Positions 11,019 to 21,469 of a stretch of 64,000 nt of DNA are shown here, one piece after another. This stretch comes from a bacterium (GTDB lineage: Bacteria; SZUA-182; DTGQ01). The notes beneath the pieces are model-generated. The model was given only the letters and a program-made list of their open reading frames with translations. It ran no database searches and was not told the origin of the DNA. The stretch is from the NCBI GenBank assembly GCA_040755755.1, contig JBFLZW010000041.1, positions 2,102-66,101 of the forward strand, in the 5' to 3' direction. The number at the start of each line of letters is the position of its first letter. Position 1 is the first letter of the stretch. The position numbers were made by a program, and so were the translations under genes.

Positions 11019-12509
11019 TTATTTCTCCTTGATAGCAGTATACAGTAAATGGTCGTCCTCACGTTTAATAAGAAGGAGCAGGGTCTTTCTATTCTTTTTG
11101 GCTATCTTCTGGAATTCACTGACATCGGTAACTTTTTGCCGGTTAGCTTCCATGATAATATCACCCCTGCGGATATTTGCCCTGTCCGCTGCACTGCCGG
11201 GGGTAACATTGGTTACCAGAACGCCGGTGGTTTCGGACAGGTCGAAATGGTCAGCCAGTTCCGGGGTAATATTCTGAAGGCTCATGCCTAATTCGGTTTC
11301 CACCGGACCTTTTGCCACCTGCGCCTCGCCGGTGAAGGTTCCAATCTCGACCGTGACTTCCTTCTTCTTCATATCCCGGATAATTTCCAGCCGGACTTTG
11401 GTTCCCGGACGGGTAAGCCCTGCCATTCTGGACAGATCGGTGTATTCGCTGATCTCTTTTCCGTTAAAGGAAATGACTACATCCCCCTGTTTGAGTCCTG
11501 CCTTGTCTGCCGGGCTTCCTTCCACAACTTCTGCTACCAGGGCTCCCTTGTTTTCTTTCAGCCCGAAGGATTTGGCCAGGTCAGGAGTAACTTTTTGAAT
11601 GACCAGTCCAAGCCAGCCCCTGGTGATTTTTCCCTTCTCTTTCAGCTCCGGCATGGCCTCTTTGACCATATTGATGGGAATGGCAAACCCGATTCCCTGG
11701 CCTTCAGCCGTAATAGCCGTGTTGATGCCGACCACTTCTCCCCTGATATTGAGCAGCGGGCCTCCGCTGTTGCCCGGATTGATGGAAGCATCGGTCTGGA
11801 TAAACGAATCATAGGGCCCCTGCCCGATCGGCCGCCATTTGGCACTCACGATCCCGGCAGTTACGGTATGCTCCAGGCCAAAGGGATTGCCAATGGCTAC
11901 AACCCATTCTCCGATTTCCAGCCGGTCAGAGTCTCCGAACCTGACGAGCGGCAGATCTTCCTTGGCCTCGATTTTCAGGAGAGCAATGTCCATGTCCTCG
12001 TCGGACCCAATGACTTTGGCTTCGTACTCGTTTTTATTGGTCAGGGTGATCTTGATATCTTCGGCATCCTTCACCACGTGATTGTTGGTAAAAATATAAC
12101 CGTCTTTGCTGATGATAAAGCCCGATCCCAGGCTTTTCCTCTTCATGTCGCCTTTTGGTATCCCGAAGAATTTGTTGAAAAAGTCATCACCGAAAAAGTC
12201 CCGGAAGGGGTCGTTCATGGGAGCACGGAATTGAAAATTCTTGACCACCTGGGTGGAGCTGACATAAACGACAGCCGGATTTGCATCTTTGGCGATTTTA
12301 ACGAAGATATTGCCGGGAATGAAAGTTCCTGCTGGTTCAGCAGGCGGCTCTTTCGGTCTGGTATTGGTCTCAAGCTGGACTGCGGTACTGTTTCCCGTCC
12401 AGTTGAAATGCGAGGCGATCATGATCCCGATGAACACCGAAATGAGACAGGATACAACAATTCCCGGTACAATAAGCCTTTTTTTATCCATCCTCTTTTT
12501 CTCCTCCAT
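11019..12509 (-). CDS. htrA: periplasmic serine endoprotease DegP/HtrA with two PDZ domains
   Basis: It has a signal/TM at the N-terminus and the catalytic triad context (TNNHVV, D, GNSGGPL), followed by two PDZ-like regions. Confidence 0.9.
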   Translation of the reverse strand: MEEKKRMDKKRLIVPGIVVSCLISVFIGIMIASHFNWTGNSTAVQLETNTRPKEPPAEPAGTFIPGNIFVKIAKDANPAVVYVSSTQVVKNFQFRAPMNDPFRDFFGDDFFNKFFGIPKGDMKRKSLGSGFIISKDGYIFTNNHVVKDAEDIKITLTNKNEYEAKVIGSDEDMDIALLKIEAKEDLPLVRFGDSDRLEIGEWVVAIGNPFGLEHTVTAGIVSAKWRPIGQGPYDSFIQTDASINPGNSGGPLLNIRGEVVGINTAITAEGQGIGFAIPINMVKEAMPELKEKGKITRGWLGLVIQKVTPDLAKSFGLKENKGALVAEVVEGSPADKAGLKQGDVVISFNGKEISEYTDLSRMAGLTRPGTKVRLEIIRDMKKKEVTVEIGTFTGEAQVAKGPVETELGMSLQNITPELADHFDLSETTGVLVTNVTPGSAADRANIRRGDIIMEANRQKVTDVSEFQKIAKKNRKTLLLLIKREDDHLLYTAIKEK

Positions 12510-12633
12510 TCGTTAGAAATTGAATAATTATTGTACTACACTCGAATTTGTTTATCAATACGTTTGTTATGCTTTTTCTTGCCTGAAATCTTATCGTCTT
12601 CAATGAGGGAGGCAGTCGAGACAGAGAGAAAAC

Positions 12634-12680
12634 AAAAAGCAGCCATGACAGAGCAAAAGCCCTGTCATGGCTGCTTTTTG
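12634..12680 (-). terminator. rho-independent (bidirectional-type) terminator downstream of the sigma-factor gene
   Basis: There is a perfect 13-bp stem (GCAGCCATGACAG...CTGTCATGGCTGC) flanked by an A-tract on one side and a T-tract on the other. Confidence 0.7.
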
Positions 12681-12733
12681 CTGACACTCACCCGGTGCGG
12701 ATTTATTGCAGCCCGCAAGCTTGTGGGTTGCAG

Positions 12734-13747
12734 TTACGATTTATTGATAAAATCTATCAGTGGCGAAATTCTGTTAGGCTGTTTAAGCCGCTGCAGGGCT
12801 TTCTCCTCGATCTGGCGGATTCTCTCCCGGGTAAGATGAAAGTATTTACCGATCTCTTCCAGGGTTTGCTCTTTATGGGTTCCGATGCCATATCTCATCT
12901 CGATGATCGTTTTTTCCCGTTTGGTCAGGGTCTTAAGGACCTTTTGGATCTGCTCGATGAGATTGACATCAAAGACCGTATCCATGGGAGAGGCGCTGTT
13001 TTTATCCTCGATGTAATCGACGATGTTATAATTTCCCAACTCGTCGATAGGGGTTTCAACGGAAATGGGGTTTTTGATGATCCCAACCAGTTCATGGATT
13101 TTCTGGACGGGAACTCCCATATCAATGGCGATTTCGGTTATCGTCGGTTCCTTTTTCATCTCCTGGGTCAACCTCTGATGGCTTTTCATCATATTTTTGA
13201 TAGCGTCAAGGGTGTGAACCGGAATACGGATAGTTCTTCCCTTGTCAGCCAGAGCCCTGGTTATTGACTGACGAATCCACCAGATGGCATAGGTGCTGAA
13301 TTTGCAGCCCTTGCGGTAGTCAAACTTTTCCACTGCCTTCATTAACCCGATGTTGCCTTCCTGTACGAGATCGAGAAACGGGAGCCCGCTGTTGATATAT
13401 TTTTTCGCTATGCTTACCACCAGGCGCAGATTGGCCTTGATAAGCAGCTCTTTTGCCTTTTCATCACCGGCCACGATTCTCTTGGCGAGCTCGATTTCCT
13501 CGTCCTTGTCCAAAAGAGGAACCTTTCCGATTTCTTTAAGGTAGACGCGCACCTGATTGTCGGTCTCTTCGAGAATGCCTGCTTCTTCATTTTTAGTCTC
13601 TACCTCAATGTCCGGCTCACCGTCAGACTCCTCTGAAGTATCACTCAAAGGATCTTCACTGCTTTCGGATTCAAATTCAATGCAATCATCGTCAATGCAA
13701 TCAAGGTCTTCCTTAAAAAAGAAACCGTATGAATTAAATGCTTCCAT
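12734..13747 (-). CDS. rpoD: RNA polymerase sigma-70 family factor, RpoD-like (compact, 337 aa)
   Basis: Region 2 ([53 protein letters not shown]) and region 4 ([43 protein letters not shown]) are present. It also has an acidic N-terminal segment. Confidence 0.85.
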   Translation of the reverse strand: MEAFNSYGFFFKEDLDCIDDDCIEFESESSEDPLSDTSEESDGEPDIEVETKNEEAGILEETDNQVRVYLKEIGKVPLLDKDEEIELAKRIVAGDEKAKELLIKANLRLVVSIAKKYINSGLPFLDLVQEGNIGLMKAVEKFDYRKGCKFSTYAIWWIRQSITRALADKGRTIRIPVHTLDAIKNMMKSHQRLTQEMKKEPTITEIAIDMGVPVQKIHELVGIIKNPISVETPIDELGNYNIVDYIEDKNSASPMDTVFDVNLIEQIQKVLKTLTKREKTIIEMRYGIGTHKEQTLEEIGKYFHLTRERIRQIEEKALQRLKQPNRISPLIDFINKS

Positions 13748-13789
13748 GGTAGCCTTCTCCTCTTCTACTACTACTCTCTGAACCCTCTT

Positions 13790-14371
13790 TTACTCCCCAT
13801 ACCTGATTTCATGCCAGGTGAACCAGATACGGTGGATTGCAGTCTGGTGGCACAGGATCACCAATATCCAAAGTGTTGGTTTGAGATAATTTATCAGTGA
13901 TCCGGCTGAAAGAACGAGCACTCTTTCAGGTCGTTCCATAAGGCCGACATCGCATGCTTTTATGATATTCTCCGCTCTTGCCTTGGTATAACTTGTCATG
14001 ATAAATCCGGCTGTGGCTATCAGGCTGAGGAGAACATATGCGGGTTGATTGATCCGGGCATAATACAGGGTGATGCCCCCCATGATACTCAGGTCGGAAT
14101 ACCGATCGACTGTTGAATCCCAAAACGCGCCAAATTTGCTGACTTGGCCTTTGTATCTGGAGTAAGCACCATCAAGCAGATCAAAAAAACCGGCAGCCAG
14201 AAGAAGAAACCCTGCAAGTTGAATCTTCCCTGAACCAAAAGCACAACCAGCCGCAAGGCTCATGAGGAGCCCCAGACTGGTTATTTGATTCGGGGATATC
14301 CAGGATGGAATTTTCCCGCTTATTGAAAATAATATCTTATCCGAGGAGGCTTTTACATATTTGGCCAGCAT
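13790..14371 (-). CDS. CDP-alcohol phosphatidyltransferase (PgsA-like)
   Basis: The CDP-OH transferase motif DGAYSR...G...D..VD is present in a small polytopic protein. The ORF track start at 14383 is a TTG. The ATG at 14371 has a better Shine-Dalgarno sequence (GGAGAG). Confidence 0.7.
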   Translation of the reverse strand: MLAKYVKASSDKILFSISGKIPSWISPNQITSLGLLMSLAAGCAFGSGKIQLAGFLLLAAGFFDLLDGAYSRYKGQVSKFGAFWDSTVDRYSDLSIMGGITLYYARINQPAYVLLSLIATAGFIMTSYTKARAENIIKACDVGLMERPERVLVLSAGSLINYLKPTLWILVILCHQTAIHRIWFTWHEIRYGE

Positions 14372-14947
14372 CCTGCTCTCCAACCCCTTCCCTTGCCTAA
14401 CCCATCGTGATACTCTTCAAACCTTCCCCAGAGGGAGTACCATTAAAGCCGAAAACCTGCTCTTCCGTAGTCCTCCTGATGAGAATTTAGTAAATGTTCT
14501 CATTATAGCTCAAATTTCACAATTCGCAAGTTTGATTTCTCAATGATCCCGGAAAATGAATTCTTTCTTACTGGGCAAAAAAGTATGCAATAAAATTGCC
14601 AACCTTGCTAACCGATGCGCTCAGAGTGGGAAATCCCTTTGGTTTTATACCCTGCCCGGCTTCTCTATAACGCTGGAGGCTGACGTATTTTCCCTTGTTT
14701 TATCAGAGAGTTAATAAGGCAGGTCACTGATGGCGGGGAAGTTGAAAAAGGGATATTCCCACAGTGTGGAAGGAAAAGGGAATCCGTGAATCAGTATGCA
14801 AAATTTTTCTTAATGGTCATTTTATTTACAGGTGAGGGGGAACCGATTATCCGTTCAGTTCTTTCAGTGGGGCAGGGCATTTCCCGAAAAGCACAGCAGC
14901 CGGCGGTATATAAATTTTTCACACCTACATGAGTTTTATACATCGCA

Positions 14948-14990
14948 GGCAAAGCCCTCTTTGCAATTTGATTGCAAAGAGGGCTTTGCC
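14948..14990 (-). terminator. hairpin terminator downstream of groEL
   Basis: There is a 19-bp near-perfect inverted repeat (GGCAAAGCCCTCTTTGCAA ... TTGCAAAGAGGGCTTTGCC) about 40 bp after the groEL stop codon. Confidence 0.6.
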
Positions 14991-15028
14991 ATACAAACAC
15001 CAGTTTTTTCGTCCGGTAGTCAGTTCAA

Positions 15029-16693
<1,665 letters not shown>

Positions 16694-16699
16694 TTATGG

Positions 16700-16990
16700 T
16701 TAACCTTCAATGATTCCTAAGATATCATCCTCGCGCATGATGAGGTATTCCTCATCCTCAATTTTGACCTCGGTACCGGCATACTTGCCAAAAAGGATTC
16801 GCTGGCCGACTCTAACATCCAGAGGAATCTTGGTTCCATCATCTTTGATCTTACCGCCGCCTACGGCGATGACTTTCCCTTCCATAGGCTTTTCCTTGGC
16901 TGTATCGGGGATAATGATGCCGCCTCGAACCTGTTCCCCCACTTCAACGCGCTTTACCAGAATCCTGTCGTGCAATGGTTTTATGTTCAT
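16700..16990 (-). CDS. groS: co-chaperonin GroES (10 kDa)
   Basis: 96 aa, [16 protein letters not shown]..., lying immediately upstream of groEL. Confidence 0.95.
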   Translation of the reverse strand: MNIKPLHDRILVKRVEVGEQVRGGIIIPDTAKEKPMEGKVIAVGGGKIKDDGTKIPLDVRVGQRILFGKYAGTEVKIEDEEYLIMREDDILGIIEG

Positions 16991-17156
16991 AGTTTTAGGA
17001 TCTCCTTTTTCGTAAGCAGTTATAATGCTTATTGCTTGGTTGCTGCAATCCTCACCCGCCTAAGCTGGCACTTCCTTACACAAATGGAAAGACAATCACC
17101 TCCTTTCGTTCAGAAACAAGCGGAAAAGCCTCATTATTGCGCACGGTTCTAAATTA

Positions 17157-17183
17157 TTAGCACTCACCAGAAGTGAGTGCTAA
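17157..17183 (-). promoter_or_regulatory. CIRCE operator (HrcA binding site) upstream of groES
   Basis: The sequence TTAGCACTC-ACCAGAAGT-GAGTGCTAA is a perfect match to the CIRCE consensus TTAGCACTC-N9-GAGTGCTAA. It lies about 170 bp upstream of the groES start. Confidence 0.9.
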
Positions 17184-17184
17184 T

Positions 17185-17213
17185 ACTATATTGTTCCCCC
17201 AAGTAAAAGGCAA
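17185..17213 (-). promoter_or_regulatory. putative sigma-70 promoter of groESL (TTGCCT-17 bp-TATAGT) abutting CIRCE
   Basis: On the minus strand the sequence reads TTGCCT, then a 17-nt spacer, then TATAGT, immediately followed by CIRCE. This is the classic arrangement. Confidence 0.5.
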
Positions 17214-17326
17214 GTTGAAAAATCTGTAATGGTGGCCAAATTTTGGCCAAAGTTGTCTATTATTGCCTTTTTTTTGAATTTTGCTTTCTCTTGTCATGAT
17301 TTTCGCATAATTATTTCCAATTCAAC

Positions 17327-18346
17327 TTAGCGTAAATCCAGATCGTCGAGCTGCTTTCTCAGCCAGTCTTCGATTTCAGCCTCCTCCCAGGCGGAGAGTG
17401 TGGCTTGGGAAATTTTCCTTTTCCGGTAATAGCCCAGGAGGAAAACCAGGCTGATGATAAACCATAAGACCGCAGAGCTCGTCAGGACAGGAACCCAGGT
17501 ATAGACCAGGCGAAGGTGCTTTCTCCATTGAAGCTCCAATTCACCGGGGTCAAGACCGACAGCCGTGCGCAGGGCCTGATCAATCGAGTCCCCCCGGAGC
17601 AGGCAGTGAGTTATTGCCCGCAGGGCATCATGGCCATAAGTATCGCGGATAAAGGTAACCATGCTGATGCTTTGGGCATAGGCGGTCTGGAGATGGTCGG
17701 GATCGGTCGGAAAGGATTGATCGAGGTGGCGCAGGGGGATAAGATTGCGGGTTATGCAGATGCGGGTCATGAGAGCCTGATAGTGCCAATTCCATTCTTC
17801 GGCCTCGAGCATGCTTACCCCCTCGTTGAACCAGTGAGGGATGGATGCCGATGGTCGGCAGGATGCTCCGATAAGAATATGGGTAAGCTCATGGATAAAT
17901 GTTTTCTCAAGATGAATGGAACCTGCCGGGGCAGCTCTGGGAGAAAGGAGCAGTATTCGGGACAGGCCCGGATAGGCAAGCCCTGTGACTTGTTCACTCA
18001 CCGGCGACAGGGAGGGCTGGATGCGGGTGAAAAGTTCCCTGGAGTCGGCCAGGTAGATATCGATTTGGGTGGCGGGGTGAAGACCAAGGTGACCTGCCAC
18101 CCGGGTATAGGACCGTTCGGCAAGGAGTGCCAGCTCTTGTGAAAAATATTTATCCTGAGCCTGGTAGCGGATGAGGAAGTGAGGAGTTTGTACCGTAAGC
18201 CAGCCGGACGGGCCATCCGGCAGCAGCGACCGGCTCAAGGCTGTGCAGTTACCCGCACGGACTATAACCCACAGGCAGAGGATGATCGATCCGATGATCA
18301 GTCCGCAATGCCGGAGTCCGGATAATCTGAAGCGGTCTTGAACCAT
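17327..18346 (-). CDS. putative zinc metallopeptidase (HExxH) with N- and C-terminal TM anchors
   Basis: An HELTH zinc-binding motif is present, with a downstream NEG. There is a hydrophobic N-terminal segment and a C-terminal TM. It overlaps the comEC 3' end by about 49 bp, so the start may be later. Confidence 0.5.
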   Translation of the reverse strand: MVQDRFRLSGLRHCGLIIGSIILCLWVIVRAGNCTALSRSLLPDGPSGWLTVQTPHFLIRYQAQDKYFSQELALLAERSYTRVAGHLGLHPATQIDIYLADSRELFTRIQPSLSPVSEQVTGLAYPGLSRILLLSPRAAPAGSIHLEKTFIHELTHILIGASCRPSASIPHWFNEGVSMLEAEEWNWHYQALMTRICITRNLIPLRHLDQSFPTDPDHLQTAYAQSISMVTFIRDTYGHDALRAITHCLLRGDSIDQALRTAVGLDPGELELQWRKHLRLVYTWVPVLTSSAVLWFIISLVFLLGYYRKRKISQATLSAWEEAEIEDWLRKQLDDLDLR

Positions 18347-20826
18347 GAGGGGTGCCTCGATTTATCTGCAAAGATATCTGCATAGGTGGAAAATTTACAC
18401 TCGACTCCATCCGTCTCAGCCGTAATCGCTCCATCGAGATCGGTGCGGTAAATTCTGCACGGGAGTTTCCGGTACCGTTCCAGAGTCTTCGGATGAGGGA
18501 ACTTTTGCCTGCCATAACTTCGGCCCGAAAAAACAGCCGTCTGAGGAAGCACCATACGCAGGAAGGGAATAGAGCTTGAGGAGCGGCTTCCATGATGGGG
18601 AACCTTTAAGACCGTGGATCGCAGCTTTTCCCCGAGGGATAGAAGACAACGCTCAGCTTTCGCTTCTATGTCGCCGGTAAAAAGAAAGCTTACCTGCCGG
18701 TAAGATAGCTTCAGGACCAGGGATCGATTGTTTTCTTCCTTGTAGGTTATCTTTGAACTTATCGGCAGATCCGGTAAATTACCGGCAGCCAGAACCTGAA
18801 GAAAAACACCATCCAGTTCTGCTTCCTCTCCAGCGGCCACAATGTGGAGGGGGACTTTTTTCTCCCGGATTATGTCTTCAAAAAGCCGGTATTCCCGGCT
18901 GTCGGATCGCTCTTTGGTCTTCCAGACACAGGCGGTGTCAAAGTGCTTCAGGACGAACAACAGCCCGTTGAGGTGGTCCGGGTGCGGATGGGAGAGAACG
19001 ACAAGGTCCAGGCGGGGGATTCTCTTATGCCAGAGATAGGGGGCGATTAGCCGGTGTCCGAAATCGAACTCATTGTTATAGCTTCCGCCGCCGTCGATCA
19101 GAATGTATTTGCCACCCGGCGTCTGAATGACGCACGCATCCCCCCTCCCGACATCGAGGAAAGTTACGGTCAGCGTATCATTGGGAATAAACCTGGGGGG
19201 CCGGGTCATGAAAAGGAGAAGAAGGGGCATGAGAACAAATGCCAGGAGCAGAAACGCGATCAGCAGGCCGGTTTTTTTCCGGGGTGATATGCTCCTGGTC
19301 AGAAAGTGGAAAATGAAGGCCGCGATGACTAGGCTGCCATAAATGGCCATGATCGCGGCTTTCGGAGGAGACGGAAGGTAAACAAAGGCCCCTGCAATCC
19401 TGGTGATGGTCGCACTGAGGCTAATCATGAGACGGGCCAGAAAAGCCGCGATCCGGAAAAAGTGCGCGGCCAGACCAGGGTGCAGGGGAAGCGCCAGGAT
19501 ACCCCCCAGGCCGGCATAGAGAATCCCGCTGACGAGAGGAATGGCGGCCAGGTTGGTGACAATTCCGATCGGTGAGATCAGGTTGAACGTATAAGCGACT
19601 AACGGGCTGGTCATGAGAAATGCGGCCAGGGACAGGCAGCATGAAAGAAAAAGGCTGTCCTTGAGTCGGACCAGGATCCCCTGGAGCGAAAGGCCGGAAT
19701 CAGGATTCAAATGCCGGGGGAAATCGCAGGCAAGGATAAAAACTATTCCACTGGAGGCCAGGAAGGTCAACTGGAAATCGAGCTTGAATAAAGCGTCAGG
19801 CTGCCAGAGCAGGATAGCCAGGGCGGCCAGGACAAGAGGCCGGAAAAGACTTCTTCTTCTCTCAAAGAGCAGGGCAAGAAAATATGAACTGACCATAATA
19901 CAGGCCCGGATGGTGGTTGTTTTGCTTCCGGTCATGACGGTATAGAGAATGATTACCGGGATGGAGAATAGCGCGGCCAGGCTGGAAGGTCTGATGATGC
20001 AGCAGAGGATCTCGAACAGGCGGTCCGGCAAAGCCCGCAGGATGCCCCTGAAGCAGGCAAAGACGGCCAGGGCCAGAGTGGCGATATGGAAGCCGGAGAT
20101 TGAAAGAAGATGAATCGCTCCTGCTTCACTGAACAAGTCTTTGATGCGGTTAGATACCTTATACCTCTCCCCCAGCAGAATCGCCTGCAGGATGCTTGAA
20201 CCCGGCTGGGGAATGGTGTTTTCGATGTACTCTGAAGCACGCCATCGAAAGCCGTAGACAGCACGGAGTATGGACTTTGTCCATGGAATCGTTTTTGCTT
20301 CTTTACAGAGAGAAAGCATTCGAATGCTGCCGGTGGCGCAGATACCTTTTTGGGAAAGATACTTGGAATACGAAAATCCTCCAGGGTTTTTGTAGTCCTG
20401 GGGAGCCTCAAGATGCGCGGTTATCTGGACCGTATCATAAAATTGACACGGTATTTTGGGCTTGTACCAATTAAGCTGCGCTCTTGCGGATGTCATAATA
20501 TTTTGTTCAGGGAGAATAATTTTCTGCACCTCAAGGTGCAGGCGGACCCGCTGGGAAAATTTTTCCGGCGGCTCGATAATCCTGCCCACCAGAGTGATCG
20601 GCTGGGGGATGGAATTTGGGTCCTGAGGCAAATAATGCGTAAGGTGACAGGGGGACAGGTCGTCTATCTGGTCAAAGTCGGTGTGGAGACAGGATGAGCC
20701 CGCAGCAAGGATGATGCCCGCAAGGAGAGCCAAAAGCATCGCCAGAGGGCTGAACAGGCCACGATGAAAGCGAAGTGATTTTGACCAGGGAAAAAACGCC
20801 CCACCAAAATTATTTATTTTTTTCAT
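18298..20826 (-). CDS. comEC: DNA internalization competence protein ComEC/Rec2
   Basis: It has a polytopic competence domain plus a C-terminal metallo-beta-lactamase domain (HPHPDHLNGL ... HHGS). The ORF track extends it to 21066, but the start was placed at MKKINNF (20826) before the first TM. Confidence 0.85.
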   Translation of the reverse strand: MKKINNFGGAFFPWSKSLRFHRGLFSPLAMLLALLAGIILAAGSSCLHTDFDQIDDLSPCHLTHYLPQDPNSIPQPITLVGRIIEPPEKFSQRVRLHLEVQKIILPEQNIMTSARAQLNWYKPKIPCQFYDTVQITAHLEAPQDYKNPGGFSYSKYLSQKGICATGSIRMLSLCKEAKTIPWTKSILRAVYGFRWRASEYIENTIPQPGSSILQAILLGERYKVSNRIKDLFSEAGAIHLLSISGFHIATLALAVFACFRGILRALPDRLFEILCCIIRPSSLAALFSIPVIILYTVMTGSKTTTIRACIMVSSYFLALLFERRRSLFRPLVLAALAILLWQPDALFKLDFQLTFLASSGIVFILACDFPRHLNPDSGLSLQGILVRLKDSLFLSCCLSLAAFLMTSPLVAYTFNLISPIGIVTNLAAIPLVSGILYAGLGGILALPLHPGLAAHFFRIAAFLARLMISLSATITRIAGAFVYLPSPPKAAIMAIYGSLVIAAFIFHFLTRSISPRKKTGLLIAFLLLAFVLMPLLLLFMTRPPRFIPNDTLTVTFLDVGRGDACVIQTPGGKYILIDGGGSYNNEFDFGHRLIAPYLWHKRIPRLDLVVLSHPHPDHLNGLLFVLKHFDTACVWKTKERSDSREYRLFEDIIREKKVPLHIVAAGEEAELDGVFLQVLAAGNLPDLPISSKITYKEENNRSLVLKLSYRQVSFLFTGDIEAKAERCLLSLGEKLRSTVLKVPHHGSRSSSSIPFLRMVLPQTAVFSGRSYGRQKFPHPKTLERYRKLPCRIYRTDLDGAITAETDGVECKFSTYADIFADKSRHPSWFKTASDYPDSGIAD

Positions 20827-20851
20827 AGCACAGTAAGGAAATGAATTCTCG

Positions 20852-21205
20852 ATGCGCCAATTAAATATGGAAAAGATAACAAACCTTATCCATTGGGTTG
20901 TCTCTCGTAATATAAAGAATTTTATCTCCGATGGCAAGAGAGGATATGCCTCACCAGAATATGCAATTGGATTCATAGTTATGTATTCAATTTCATTTTT
21001 ATGTAATGCCTTGTTAAATAAGCTAATGCCAAAGGTGGTATTCAGGATGTATGAAAGTATTTTCATACCTTTTTTTCAAAAAGGTAACGGCCCGGATCGC
21101 GCGATGGAGGGAAAATCCTTTATCAGTAAGGCCAAGGTGAGAGGTTGGTCTGAGAAAGAGCTTGATAGAAAAAGCATTTCACTTATCCGTGATTGTATGG
21201 CATAG
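20852..21205 (+). CDS. hypothetical small protein in an AT-rich divergent intergenic region
   Basis: 117-aa ORF with an AT-rich codon bias and no recognisable motifs. It may not be a real gene. Confidence 0.2.
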   Translation: MRQLNMEKITNLIHWVVSRNIKNFISDGKRGYASPEYAIGFIVMYSISFLCNALLNKLMPKVVFRMYESIFIPFFQKGNGPDRAMEGKSFISKAKVRGWSEKELDRKSISLIRDCMA

Positions 21206-21469
21206 ATGTTGCAAAACATTTTTAAGAATATCACTGGCAGTATAGATGCTGACATAATATGGCAAAAAGTATAACTGGTTTAAGGTAAGGTATTGAGGTT
21301 GATCCTCTTCTCAAAAATATTTTTGGTTATGTTAGGAGGTGATCGTATGATCGGTGAAAAAAAGATAAAAAAGGAGGTGAATACCGGGGCGGGAATTTAA
21401 CTGACTGAGAATTTACAGGGTGTTGTAATTTAGGCTAAAGAGCAAGCTTTCTGAAGGAAGGAGATTTTT

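Noticed and set aside
11595-12527. 310-aa plus-strand ORF
   Set aside because: It is antisense to htrA/degP, which has clear catalytic-triad and PDZ signatures. It is spurious.
14384-15028. 640-bp non-coding region between the phosphatidyltransferase gene and groEL, examined for a small RNA or tRNA
   Set aside because: No cloverleaf-compatible sequence or conserved ncRNA motif was recognised. It contains the groEL terminator and a plausible minus-strand promoter (TTGCGA-16 bp-TATAAT, ~14470-14500) for the downstream gene.
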